From assembly GCA_963713975.1 (NCBI GenBank), contig OY970218.1:96001-160000 (forward strand): a DNA stretch of 64,000 nt. Direction: 5' to 3'. A program made the translations under genes and the position numbers. Source of the DNA: an uncultured Chloroflexia bacterium. GTDB lineage: Bacteria; Chloroflexota; Limnocylindria; Limnocylindrales; CSP1-4. Positions 50,413 to 60,171 of this stretch are shown here, in pieces. The stretch's first letter is position 1. The number at the start of each line of letters is the position of its first letter. Below the pieces are notes generated by a model. It ran no database searches. It was not told where the DNA came from and saw nothing but the letters and a program-made list of their open reading frames with translations.

Positions 50413-51708
50413 TCAGGCGGCCTGGGCGACCACCCTGAGCTCAGCCTCGGCCTCGGCGACGCGAGCGAGGATCCCAGTCCGCATGCCGTCCAGGCCCTCC
50501 GACACCGCCTTCGTGACGTTGCTGACCGATGTCAACTGCGTCTTCAGGGCACGGATGGCCTCCAGCTGCTCCTTGACACCCGCCAGCGCCCGGCCGATGG
50601 CCCGCGCGTCAACCTCGACGTCGCGCTCCCCGAGCTTGGCGAGCGCGAGCAGCCGGGCGAGACGGACCGCCGCCTCCAGGTACGCGCCATCCGGGGCGTC
50701 GGGGTCCACGACCACGTGCACGTCCTCCCCGACCACGGTGAAGGGTGCGATGCCGGCCGGCGCATGCCTGGCGCTCCAGGCCGCGATCGCCACGGACGCG
50801 CCCCGGTTCTCACGAGCCTCACGCAGCTCCTCGCGCATGGCCCGCGGCGACATCACCCGGTCCTTGGCCTCGAGGACGATGCGGACGTCGGCGCCACGCG
50901 TGAGCCGGGCGTCAAGGGTGAGGACGAAGTCGCCCTTCTTGGAGCCGACCAGCGAACCCGACTCGGTGCCCGTCCGGTCCAGGAGATCCCCGGCGCCGCG
51001 AGCCAGGTCCCCGAGCATGCCCCCGAGGAGGTCCTCGAAGTCCGCGCCCTTGGCCGTGCCCTTCGAGCGCTCGTCGGCGCGAGCCCGGCTGGCCGCCTCG
51101 ATCGCCGCGAGCCGCTCGTGGATGCCCTTGAACCCCTCGGAGATCTCCTGGCGGAACTGGTGGAGCGGCGACCCCAGGCGTGTCGGGTCGAGGAGCACGG
51201 CCAGCCTGGAGCTGTCCCCGTCGAAGTAGGTGCCCAGCAGCCCGCCGATGCGCCCGATGGCCGAGTCGCGCTTGGTCTCGTCGAACAGGTCGTTCACGAA
51301 CTTCTGCAGCGCGCCGCGGTCTCCCAGGAACTTCTCGAGCGTCCTCGGCAACCGGCCATCCCCGTCCGCGAAGTTGGCGCGCAGGACGTCCTCGACGGTC
51401 CGGGCTGCCTGCTCGTTGACCGCGGCGGTCTGGGCGACGAGCTTGTCGAACTCGCGGCGGACGACGTCCGTGTCCATGGAGGTGGTGGCGTCCTGCAGGG
51501 CGAGAAGGCCGATCCGCAGGGCTCGCTCGACCACCGCCGTTCGGTCCGCCTCGTCCCGTTCCGCGAGGGCTGCGGCGAGGGCGGCGTCCGCGAGGACCAC
51601 GCGCTCCACGATGATGCGCTCCCCGTCCACGCGGACGGATGCCACGGCGGGCAGCGATCGCACCGCGGGGGCCGAAGGGTTCGACAGCGGGAGGATTCGT
51701 GCTTCCAT
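50413..51708 (-). CDS. Coiled-coil protein with C-terminal PD-(D/E)XK nuclease-like domain (RmuC/DUF2130-like)
   Basis: Helical heptad-rich middle region, then KGADFE...KGDFVL...IVLEAKD. Confidence 0.68.
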   Translation of the reverse strand: MEARILPLSNPSAPAVRSLPAVASVRVDGERIIVERVVLADAALAAALAERDEADRTAVVERALRIGLLALQDATTSMDTDVVRREFDKLVAQTAAVNEQAARTVEDVLRANFADGDGRLPRTLEKFLGDRGALQKFVNDLFDETKRDSAIGRIGGLLGTYFDGDSSRLAVLLDPTRLGSPLHQFRQEISEGFKGIHERLAAIEAASRARADERSKGTAKGADFEDLLGGMLGDLARGAGDLLDRTGTESGSLVGSKKGDFVLTLDARLTRGADVRIVLEAKDRVMSPRAMREELREARENRGASVAIAAWSARHAPAGIAPFTVVGEDVHVVVDPDAPDGAYLEAAVRLARLLALAKLGERDVEVDARAIGRALAGVKEQLEAIRALKTQLTSVSNVTKAVSEGLDGMRTGILARVAEAEAELRVVAQAA

Positions 51709-51777
51709 GCAACGGATCCTGGACGTCGCCCGTGCCACCTAGGCTGTCACACCGGAAGGCGTGCCATCGCCAAGCTG

Positions 51778-52332
51778 CTAGGTCGTGCCGGGAACCTGTC
51801 CGCAGGCGGTGCCGTGACGCAGCATTGCGCCGTCCGTGGGAACCTGGGCCGAGCCGAGCTCATCGGCGATCTCGGCCGCCCATGCCCGCACGCGCTGCAG
51901 GTTCACGGGCCCCAGGCGGTCGATGAGATCCGAGCCCGCGGCCACCCCGATCGGTCCGAAGACTGCCGCACCACGGGCGCCGACGGCGCGGGCGACTGCC
52001 ACCACGCTGCACTCGTCGGCGGCGCTCGCCGCGCTGCCGGTCACGCAGCGGCCCCTGCCGATCGGCCCCGCGCAGAACAGCCAGACCGGTCGCGAGGCGA
52101 GGGCCGCCTCGTGGCGGGCCAGGAAGCCGCCGCCGTCCGAACGACGCCGGGTCACGAACACGCCGCTGCCGAGGATGACGGCGCTGTACGGAGAGACGTC
52201 CACGACATCACCCGCGGCCCGGCAGTCCACCGCGAGACCGGACCGGACGAGGACGGTGGCGATGGCGCCGGCGATCCCTGCGGTCGACCCCGCCTGGTTC
52301 GCGAACGCGACGAGCACTCGCTGGTCGCCCAT
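51778..52332 (-). CDS. Flavodoxin-domain protein (HemG-like)
   Basis: VLVAFANQAGSTAGIA, YSAVILGSGV and PVWLFCAGP motifs; AAGGGAG RBS. Confidence 0.82.
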   Translation of the reverse strand: MGDQRVLVAFANQAGSTAGIAGAIATVLVRSGLAVDCRAAGDVVDVSPYSAVILGSGVFVTRRRSDGGGFLARHEAALASRPVWLFCAGPIGRGRCVTGSAASAADECSVVAVARAVGARGAAVFGPIGVAAGSDLIDRLGPVNLQRVRAWAAEIADELGSAQVPTDGAMLRHGTACGQVPGTT

Positions 52333-52553
52333 GGCCACTCCCTTGCTGTGCGGGGATCGTCGGTTGCGGGAGTGGCGGGCGGGAGGGCCCTTGGTCCCCC
52401 ATCCGCGGGCCGCCGACCACGCGGACCCGGGCGGCTCGGCCCGGGCCATCCGGCTCAGCCGCCGTGGGCCCGGTCCCGGTCCGGGCACAGGGCACGCACC
52501 CGAAGCGCCCGGGGCGGATCGGCATCCGCCACCGTGGGGGTACGATCCGCTGC

Positions 52554-53957
52554 ATGTCGGCCAACCCAGTCCGCCGCCTCGCCGCCGTGACCCTGCTGGC
52601 GATCGTCACGGTCGCCGGACCGGCCCCGTTCGGCCCCGTGACGGCGCAGGCGTCGGGCCCTGTCGCCGCGCCCGACGTGCGGGATCTCCCGGTGCAGGTC
52701 ACCCCTGCCGGGACCTCGATCGTTGCCGGCAGCGTGGGTCGCAGCTCCATCCGGATGCTCGCCACCTACGACGTGACGGCGAGTCTCGCGGTCGCAGCCC
52801 GCACGCTGAGTGGCCGCGTGACGATCAAGGCCGAGAACCGGTCCGGGAGTGCCGTCGACCGCGTCCGGCTGAACACCGTGATGGGACCGCTCGGCCGCCT
52901 CCGGCTCGGTGCCGTCACGGTCGACGGGCGGCGGGTCGCCGCGACACGGCGCGGCCAGACGATCACGGTCCCGCTTGGTGGCGTCCTCCCGGATCGCGCC
53001 TCGGTGGTCCTCGTGGTGCCGTTCACCGCGACCCTGCGCTCGACCACCGGCGGCTCCACGTGGCTGTTCACCCGGGCGGGCGGCGTCACGAGCCTGTACC
53101 GCTGGGTGCCCTGGATCAGCCGCAGCACGGCGTTCGAGCGGCCCAACTTCGGTGATCCCTTCGTGACCCCGGCCAGCCCGAAGGTCACCCTCCGGTTCCG
53201 GACGGACCGGCGGGTCAAGGTCGTCGTCAACGGCAGCAGGACATCGATCTCGGCGGACCGGCTGACCTCGACCTGGACCGCGGCGAACGTCCGCGACCTG
53301 ATCGTCAACGCTGCAGCGGACTACCGGACGCGCTCGCGGCGGGTCGGCGACACGGACGTCCGGGTGATCACGCGACCGGGCGCCCCGTCGGCAGCCCTGC
53401 TCTCGGCAGCGGTCAACGCGGTATCCAGGCTGGAGGCGAAGCTGGGCCCGTACCCGTGGCCCGTCCTGAGGATCGTCCAGTCCTCCGGGGGGCTGGGCAT
53501 GGAGGGACCGGGCATCGTCTGGATCCCGCCTGGCGTCGCGGCCTCGAACCTGCGCTACCTCGTGATGCACGAGGTGGCCCACCAGTGGTTCTACGGACTC
53601 GTCGGCAACGATCAGGCCCGCGAGCCCTTCGCCGACGAGGCCATCACGGACATGGTCGCGCGGTTCCTCACGGGCACCCGGCGGGCATCGCGCTGCGCGA
53701 GCGGAACGCTGGACCGGACCATCTATGGCTACTCGGCGTCCTGCTACTACGAGCAGGTCTACATCCAGGGCGGCAACAAGTTGGACAACGCGCGTCGCAA
53801 GATGGGCACCACGGCCTTCTTCGCGGCCGTCCGCCGCTACCTTGCAGACAACCGCTGGCAGCTGGTCCACACGCGGACGCTGCTCGACGCGCTGGACGCC
53901 GCCACGCCGCTCAACCTCGCCGCCGGCTGGCGCGCAAGGTTCCCCACCCTGTACTGA
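52554..53957 (+). CDS. Secreted M1-like (gluzincin) zinc metallopeptidase
   Basis: Signal peptide; GMEGP, HEVAHQWF...DEAIT (HExxH-x18-E) and YIQG motifs. Confidence 0.85.
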   Translation: MSANPVRRLAAVTLLAIVTVAGPAPFGPVTAQASGPVAAPDVRDLPVQVTPAGTSIVAGSVGRSSIRMLATYDVTASLAVAARTLSGRVTIKAENRSGSAVDRVRLNTVMGPLGRLRLGAVTVDGRRVAATRRGQTITVPLGGVLPDRASVVLVVPFTATLRSTTGGSTWLFTRAGGVTSLYRWVPWISRSTAFERPNFGDPFVTPASPKVTLRFRTDRRVKVVVNGSRTSISADRLTSTWTAANVRDLIVNAAADYRTRSRRVGDTDVRVITRPGAPSAALLSAAVNAVSRLEAKLGPYPWPVLRIVQSSGGLGMEGPGIVWIPPGVAASNLRYLVMHEVAHQWFYGLVGNDQAREPFADEAITDMVARFLTGTRRASRCASGTLDRTIYGYSASCYYEQVYIQGGNKLDNARRKMGTTAFFAAVRRYLADNRWQLVHTRTLLDALDAATPLNLAAGWRARFPTLY

Positions 53958-53965
53958 GCCGCGTC

Positions 53966-54586
53966 GTGTCCACCGCCAGCACCCGGCCCCGCGTCCGCCT
54001 CGCGACGCCGGCCGACGGTGAGGCGTGCGCCGCCGTCTACGCCCCGTACGTCACCGATACCTCGATCTCGTTCGAGCTCGTGCCGCCTGACGGCGCGGCG
54101 ATGGCGACCCGGATCACCCGCACGATCGAGCGCACGCCGTGGGTGGTGGTCGAGGTCGACGGCGTGGTCCGCGCGTACGCGTACGGCACGCGGCACCGTG
54201 ATCGCGTGGCCTACGACTGGACGGTCGAGACGACCGTGTACGTCGACCGCGAACATGCCCGGCGCGGCCTCGGAAGGCTCGCGATGGCCGCCCTCCTGGC
54301 GGTCCTTCGCCTCCAGGGTGCACATCTCGCCGTGGCCGGGATCACGCCGCCCAACGAGGCGTCGGTCCGGCTGCATGAGGCGCTGGGTTTCGAGCGGATC
54401 GGGCTGTTCGAGGCCATCGGCTGGAAGCAGGACCGCTGGCACGGGGTGGAGTGGTTCGCCGTGGAGCTGGGGGAGCGCGCCGAGGTCCCCGTTCCGCTGG
54501 TCCCCCTGCCCCGGTTGCTGGGGACGCCGGCCCTGGAGTCCGTGCTCGCGGACCCTGCCGGGCGCCAGGCCCGGCGCCCGAGCTAG
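53966..54586 (+). CDS. GNAT N-acetyltransferase, phosphinothricin acetyltransferase/YncA-like
   Basis: YAPYV..T.ISFE, AYDWTVETTVYV, RRGLG, PNEASVRLHEALGF and GWKQDRWH motifs. Confidence 0.9.
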   Translation: MSTASTRPRVRLATPADGEACAAVYAPYVTDTSISFELVPPDGAAMATRITRTIERTPWVVVEVDGVVRAYAYGTRHRDRVAYDWTVETTVYVDREHARRGLGRLAMAALLAVLRLQGAHLAVAGITPPNEASVRLHEALGFERIGLFEAIGWKQDRWHGVEWFAVELGERAEVPVPLVPLPRLLGTPALESVLADPAGRQARRPS

Positions 54587-55227
54587 CGGTCGCTCGGCCG
54601 ACGGCCGACGACCCACCAGGCCGCCGGGAAGACGAGGGCGGCGGCGACCAGCTTCACGGTGTCGACGATGACGAACGGCAGCAGCCCGACGGCGATCGCC
54701 TCACCGGCGGATATGCCGGTCACGACTGCCAGCCACGGGACGCCGATCGCGTAGATGACGGTCGTCCCGAGCATGGTCGCTCCGAGCGAGCCGCCCAGTC
54801 TCCGGTCCCAGCCGAGCTCGGCGAGCCGTCCCACGGTGGCCCCGGCCAGGATGAAGCCGACGAGGTAGCCGCCGGTGGCGCCCAGGACCACGTCCACCCC
54901 ACCAGAGCCCTGGGCGAAGAACGGCAGGCCGACAACGCCGAGCATGACGTAGAGCAACGCGGCCAGCCCGCCGCGACGCAGCCCCAGGCCCCCGCCCGCG
55001 ACGAGGACGCCGAAGGTCTGGAGCGTGTACGGAACCGGGTTGCCGGGGATCACGAAGGAGACCTGCGCGGTCAGGAAGATCAGGAGCGCGCCCGCGATGA
55101 CGAGGCCGACGTTCCGCAGCCGCGGCGAGGTGCGCTCACCGACCCTGACCGGCACAAGGAAGTCAGCGATCGTCAGACCCTTCTCGGTGGCGGGCACCCG
55201 CGTCAGCGACGGGATCGCGTTGGACAT
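54583..55227 (-). CDS. bioY: Biotin transporter BioY
   Basis: PVPYTLQTFGVL, YVMLGVVGLPFFA, GATGGYLVGF and LLPFVIVDTVK motifs. Confidence 0.93.
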   Translation of the reverse strand: MSNAIPSLTRVPATEKGLTIADFLVPVRVGERTSPRLRNVGLVIAGALLIFLTAQVSFVIPGNPVPYTLQTFGVLVAGGGLGLRRGGLAALLYVMLGVVGLPFFAQGSGGVDVVLGATGGYLVGFILAGATVGRLAELGWDRRLGGSLGATMLGTTVIYAIGVPWLAVVTGISAGEAIAVGLLPFVIVDTVKLVAAALVFPAAWWVVGRRPSDR

Positions 55228-55335
55228 GACCTCCCTCACGCGCCGACGACGTCGGGCCGACGCTGCGCGGAGTCTACCGGCTGGCCGCGGGCCATACCAG
55301 CGAGAGCCGCCCGGCGAGAGCCGCCCGGCCCCGCC

Positions 55336-57891
55336 CTACTCGCCCCGGATCGCGCCCACGATGGACCGGCGACCGGCGATGCGGGCGGGCTGGGCTGCCG
55401 CGACCATCGCGAGCGCCACGCCCCCGACGATCGCGATGGCGATCGTCGGCCAGGGCACCTGGATCCCGACCGCGACGCGACCACCCGCGGTGGCCACGAG
55501 GAGGAGGCCGACGGCAATCCCGGTCACGCAGCCCACCAGCGAGCCGATCAGCCCGAGGATCCCTGCCTCCACGACCACGCTGCGCCACACCTGGCGCCGG
55601 CTCATGCCCACGGCACGCAGCATGCCCAGCTCCCGGACCCGCTCCCAGGTGTCCATGGAGAGGGCATTGACGATCCCGAGTGCGGCGATCACCACCGCGG
55701 CGAGCGCGAGGATGTCAAGCAGGCCGAACACGCGGTCAAGGGCGTCGCTCACGGCGCCCTCCACGCCGGCGATGGGGGTCACGGTGAGTGCGGCCTCGGC
55801 TGCGAGCGCGGCAGCGGCGGGTGCGGCCTCGGCCATGCGACCTGGCTCGTAGCGGACCGCAAAGGCGTCCGCCCCGGTCACGTCGAGGCGCGATGTCGCA
55901 TCGCTCCAGCCCACCAGCGCCGTCTCGCCCGAGCGACCCGGGAACGAGCGCTCGACGATCCCCGCCACCTGCAGCTCCAGCGTCCCGGTCGACGTCGCCA
56001 CGTCGACGCTGTCGCCCACGCCCACGCCCATGCGCAGGGCGCGGGAGCGAGGCAGGATCACGGCGCCACCCGCGTCCAGGGCGTCCAGCGCGACAGCGCG
56101 GTCACCGGCCGTGAACGTCAGGCGTCCATCGGCCTCGAGATCCGCGCCACGGATGGCCGTCGCCTCGAGGCGGGTCCCCCGCCAGGCGAGGTCGAACGAC
56201 GCAAGGGGCGCGACGAGCGCGACCCCGTCGATGGCGGCCAGCTGCGCATCCACGCCGTCCTCGCCCAGCGGTACCGGGGCGATCGCCGTCAGCACCTCGT
56301 CGCCGGGTACGACGTCGGAGAGCCATGCCGTGCCCGCAACGCGGGCATTCGCGCCCACGGCGGCCAGCGCCACGATCATCGCGACACCCACCACGAGCGT
56401 TCCGATCGTGATCGTCGTCCGGCCGCGGTCGCGGGCGATGGCTGCCCGGGCCAGGCGCTCCTCCAGCCGCATCACGACGGAGAACGGCAGCCCGGCGAGC
56501 CGGCCGAGCGGCGTCAACAGCACCGGCGTGACCAGGACGCCGAACAGTAGCAGGGCGTAGACGGCGACGGCGCGCGCCGGTCCGATGGGCGACCCCTCCC
56601 CCACCGGCAGCAGCAGGACGCCGACCGCACCGACGATGAGCACGATCGCGATGAGCCAGCTGAGGTGTGCGCGTGCCGCGAGCGCCGGGTCCGACCGGGC
56701 CCGCAGCGCCACCACCGGGCTCACGGACGCCGCGCGTCGCGCGGGTTCGAGGGACGCGACCATCGTGAGCAGGATCCCTGCCGCCAGCCCGGCGACCAGG
56801 ACCGGCGGGGACAGCTCGGGTGCGTCGAGGACGACGCCGGCGGCGGACCGCAGCCAGGTGGCGACGATGAGCGCCAGCGCACCACCCAGCGCGAGCCCGA
56901 CGAGCGAGCCCGTCACGCCCATGAAGAGCGCCTGGGCCTCGACGACCCGGACCACCTGGCCCCGGTCCGCCCCCGCGGCCCGAAGCAGGCCCAGCTCCCG
57001 CACGCGCTCGACGACGGTCATCGCGAGGGTGTTGAGCACCAGGAAGGCCGCCGCGAACAGCGCGATCGATGCGAGCAGCGCCATCGTTCCCCGGATCTCG
57101 GCCGTGGAGGCGCGCATCGACACAGCGATGTCGCCCGGCGCGGAGAGCACGTACGGCTCCACCACGAGGGCCGCGCCGATCGCCTCGGTCACCACGGCCG
57201 GATCCGTGCCGGCCGCCAGGACCACGTCCACGCGGGTGATCCCGTTCAGCGTGTCGTCCGACGGCGGTTCCTCTCCGTCGGCAAGCGCCAGGCGCTGCGC
57301 GCTCATCAGCGGCAGGACGATCGTCCGGCCGGAGGATCCGAGCTCAGGTCCATCGCCGGCGAGGATCCCGGCGACGTGCACGCTCTCGGGCGCCCCCGCG
57401 CCGAAGATCGTGAGCTGCGATCCGACGTCCAGCCCCTCGGCGGCCGCAAGGCGTTCGGTGACGAGGGCAGCGTCTCCGTCCAGGCCCTCGAGCGGCTCGC
57501 CGCTCGCCAGCGGGAGGTCGCGGACGCGCGACTCCCGGGACGGGTCGATCCCCAGGACGGTCACCGGCTCGGTCACCGTGGGTCGGCCCGGCGCCGAGCC
57601 GAGGTACGACCGGCGCTCGATGGCCGGCGCCGTGAGCGCGACCCCGGGGACCGCGTCCAGCGCCGTCAGGGTGACGTCCGACAGGCCCGCCCTGGTGAAG
57701 GCGGCGACCCGCAGGTCCGCGCGGCCCGTGAGCGAGGACACGGTCCGGTCGATCGAGGCGTCCAGGCCCGCGCTCACCGCGAGGGCGGACACGAGGACAC
57801 CGACCCCGATCGCGATGCCCAGGATCGTCAGCAGCGTCCGCGCGGGCCGCGCGGCGAGGCTGCGCCAGGCGTACGGGACGAGGCCGCGCAT
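55336..57891 (-). CDS. ABC transporter permease, FtsX/MacB-like (duplicated)
   Basis: RTLLTILGIAIGV, NTLAMTVVERVRELGLLRAAG and ERVRELGMLRAVGM repeats with periplasmic-type domains. Confidence 0.92.
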   Translation of the reverse strand: MRGLVPYAWRSLAARPARTLLTILGIAIGVGVLVSALAVSAGLDASIDRTVSSLTGRADLRVAAFTRAGLSDVTLTALDAVPGVALTAPAIERRSYLGSAPGRPTVTEPVTVLGIDPSRESRVRDLPLASGEPLEGLDGDAALVTERLAAAEGLDVGSQLTIFGAGAPESVHVAGILAGDGPELGSSGRTIVLPLMSAQRLALADGEEPPSDDTLNGITRVDVVLAAGTDPAVVTEAIGAALVVEPYVLSAPGDIAVSMRASTAEIRGTMALLASIALFAAAFLVLNTLAMTVVERVRELGLLRAAGADRGQVVRVVEAQALFMGVTGSLVGLALGGALALIVATWLRSAAGVVLDAPELSPPVLVAGLAAGILLTMVASLEPARRAASVSPVVALRARSDPALAARAHLSWLIAIVLIVGAVGVLLLPVGEGSPIGPARAVAVYALLLFGVLVTPVLLTPLGRLAGLPFSVVMRLEERLARAAIARDRGRTTITIGTLVVGVAMIVALAAVGANARVAGTAWLSDVVPGDEVLTAIAPVPLGEDGVDAQLAAIDGVALVAPLASFDLAWRGTRLEATAIRGADLEADGRLTFTAGDRAVALDALDAGGAVILPRSRALRMGVGVGDSVDVATSTGTLELQVAGIVERSFPGRSGETALVGWSDATSRLDVTGADAFAVRYEPGRMAEAAPAAAALAAEAALTVTPIAGVEGAVSDALDRVFGLLDILALAAVVIAALGIVNALSMDTWERVRELGMLRAVGMSRRQVWRSVVVEAGILGLIGSLVGCVTGIAVGLLLVATAGGRVAVGIQVPWPTIAIAIVGGVALAMVAAAQPARIAGRRSIVGAIRGE

Positions 57892-57899
57892 CGTTGGCG

Positions 57900-58703
57900 C
57901 TAGAGGCCCAGCGGGGCGAGGCGGTCGATGAGGGGCGCCGCGGTGTGGTCGTCCCGACGGCCGAGCATGATCTCGTCCTGGATGACACCGTCACCGATGA
58001 CCATGACCCGGTCCGCGTACGCGGCCGCCTTCGCGTCGTGGGTGACGAGCACGATCGTCTGCCCGCGCTCGACGCAGGTCCGCCACAGGGCGTCAAGGAT
58101 GTCCTTGCCGGTCCGGAAGTCCAGGTTGCCGGTCGGCTCGTCGGCGAACAGGATCGCCGGACGGGTGACGATGGCCCGTGCGACGGCCACGCGCTGTTGC
58201 TCGCCCGCGGACAGCTGCTCGGGCTTGTGGCGCTCCTTGCCCGTCAGGTCCACCTGGGCGATGGCATCCCGGACACGCGTCGCCGCGTCTCCGGATCGCG
58301 GATCCTGGCCGGCGATCGCGAACGGCAGGCCGACGTTCTCCACGACGTCCAGCAGCGGGATCAGGTTGAACGACTGGAACACGAAGCCCGTGCGCTCCCG
58401 CCGGAGTCGCGTGGCCTGGTCGTCCGAGAGGCTGCCGATCGACTCCCCCTCGAGCAGGACCTCGCCGGCCGTCGGGCGGTCAAGGCCTCCGAGCAGCTGG
58501 AGAAGGGTGCTCTTGCCCGACCCGGAGGGGCCCATCAGGGCCACGAACTCGCCGGCCATCACCTGGAGTGCCACGCCCCGGACGGCCTCCACGACCTCGC
58601 CGGGCATCTCGTACCTCCGGCTGAGGCCGCGGGCTTCCAGGATCGGCAGCGCGCCCGGGCCGTTGTGCGCGGTCGCGGTGGGAACCGTCGGGGACTGCAT
58701 CAT
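57900..58703 (-). CDS. ABC transporter ATP-binding protein (LolD/MacB-like)
   Basis: GPSGSGKST, GFVFQSFNL, LSAGEQQRVAVARA, ADEPTGNLD and LVTHD motifs. Confidence 0.95.
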   Translation of the reverse strand: MMQSPTVPTATAHNGPGALPILEARGLSRRYEMPGEVVEAVRGVALQVMAGEFVALMGPSGSGKSTLLQLLGGLDRPTAGEVLLEGESIGSLSDDQATRLRRERTGFVFQSFNLIPLLDVVENVGLPFAIAGQDPRSGDAATRVRDAIAQVDLTGKERHKPEQLSAGEQQRVAVARAIVTRPAILFADEPTGNLDFRTGKDILDALWRTCVERGQTIVLVTHDAKAAAYADRVMVIGDGVIQDEIMLGRRDDHTAAPLIDRLAPLGL

Positions 58704-58844
58704 GCGCGGGTTGGGCTCCAGGCTGGTTGTTGCCGGTTCGTACCCTAGCGGTGGACTCCGGTGCAGTCCCCGGGCCGATGGTCCGGGTGGGCGGGAGGAC
58801 CCGAATGGATCGCCGCGCTGCCGGGCGGAGGCGGCAGGCCCGCG

Positions 58845-59837
58845 TCAGCCGCCGAAGTAGCGGGCCGAGATCGTCGAGAGGATCGAGTCGACGAGGCCCT
58901 GGCCGGCCGGCGGGTCGACGAGGCGGAGACCCGTCGACGGCGCGTCGTCGCCCCATGCCGGAGCGGGCGGCGCGGGCGGGACGACGGCGTCGGGCGCCCG
59001 GAACGTGGGCCTGGGCGAGGCCGTGGGCGCCGCGGTGGGCGGCCTCGTCACGACGAGCGACGGAGTCGGTGATGGCGTCGGGGACGGCGTGGCCGTGGGC
59101 CGGGGCTTCCTGGTGGGCCGTGGCGTGGGCTTGGCGGTCGGCCGCGGGGTGGGCTTGGGCCTGGCCGTCGCCTTCGCGGTTGGCTCGGGCTTGGGCTTCG
59201 CGGTGGGTTTCGGCGTGGGCTTGGGCGTCGGCTTGGGCGTCGCCTTGGGGGTCGTGCCGCACTTGTCCGCGAACAGGACGGTCCACACGTAGTGGTCGCC
59301 CTTGGTGCGGTAGGCACCGACCGCCACGACGTCCCACGCCTTGCCCATGATGTTGGCCCTGTGCCCCGAGGAGTCCATGAACAGGCCGAAGATATAGCTC
59401 GTCACGTCCGCCTCGGTGGCTCCCGGCCAGGTCGCCTGGCCGATGTTCTCGCCCGCCACCTTGAAGCAGTAGTCGTACTTGTACTGCAGGTACCAGAAGA
59501 CGTTGTGGTCCGCGCCGTCGCCCGGGATCGTGTGCGAGAAGTAGTCCCGCTCGACCATGTCCTTGCTCCGCCAGCGGGCGGCGGTCCGCAGCGCCGTGTC
59601 GAGCTTGAGGGACTTCAGCCCCCCGGAGGCGCGCGCCTGGTTCTGGAGGGAGATGAGCCGGGACTCGGACCCGGAGCTGAAGTCGTTCACGTCCCAGGCG
59701 AGGACCGTGGGGGCCGTCAGGAGCCCCACCGAGGTCACACCGAACATGAGGGCCAGGGCGATCGCCGCGCGCCGGATCGCTGCGGGCGCGACCAGGGCGG
59801 CGAGGAACGAGCCGATCGGGCTTTGGTTGGCGCTCAT
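58845..59837 (-). CDS. Secreted CAP (SCP) domain protein with Pro/Thr/Lys-rich tail
   Basis: Signal peptide; [31 protein letters not shown] and WTVLF motifs. Confidence 0.88.
   Translation of the reverse strand: MSANQSPIGSFLAALVAPAAIRRAAIALALMFGVTSVGLLTAPTVLAWDVNDFSSGSESRLISLQNQARASGGLKSLKLDTALRTAARWRSKDMVERDYFSHTIPGDGADHNVFWYLQYKYDYCFKVAGENIGQATWPGATEADVTSYIFGLFMDSSGHRANIMGKAWDVVAVGAYRTKGDHYVWTVLFADKCGTTPKATPKPTPKPTPKPTAKPKPEPTAKATARPKPTPRPTAKPTPRPTRKPRPTATPSPTPSPTPSLVVTRPPTAAPTASPRPTFRAPDAVVPPAPPAPAWGDDAPSTGLRLVDPPAGQGLVDSILSTISARYFGG
59060..59256 (-). repeat. Degenerate 12-bp coding tandem repeat encoding (K/R)PT(P/A) and SPTP units
   Basis: Repeated GGCTTGGGCGTC-like units within the CAP gene ([16 protein letters not shown]...). 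Confidence 0.7.
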
Positions 59838-60171
59838 GTGCGGCTGGATGTCTCGCTGCGGGTGCGCCGGTCGATCCCCGGCTCCCGGCTATCGTCGACC
59901 CGGCAGCGCGTGCGGTCCGTCGCGCAATGGTCCCAACCGGACCCATCCCTGGTACCAGTTGCCGGTCAGGGCGACAATTGCCCACACCGGACCCCACCGG
60001 AGCGCCCGCCCGAGCGAGCCCGGTCGACAGGTACGGCCGGAGGGCCCCCAAAGTGGTGAGCCCACCGGCCCTCCCGCCTGCGTTCCGACAGGGCCATCGT
60101 GGCAGGCCACGAGGCGGAGCATCCGCGTCCCGGCCCGGAGACCGGCAAGCGAGAACCGGAGGAGCAGATCG

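Noticed and set aside
59060-59256. Tandem short repeats that might be a CRISPR or VNTR element
   Set aside because: Degenerate in-frame codon repeats encoding a Pro/Thr/Lys linker; no unique spacers and no cas genes.
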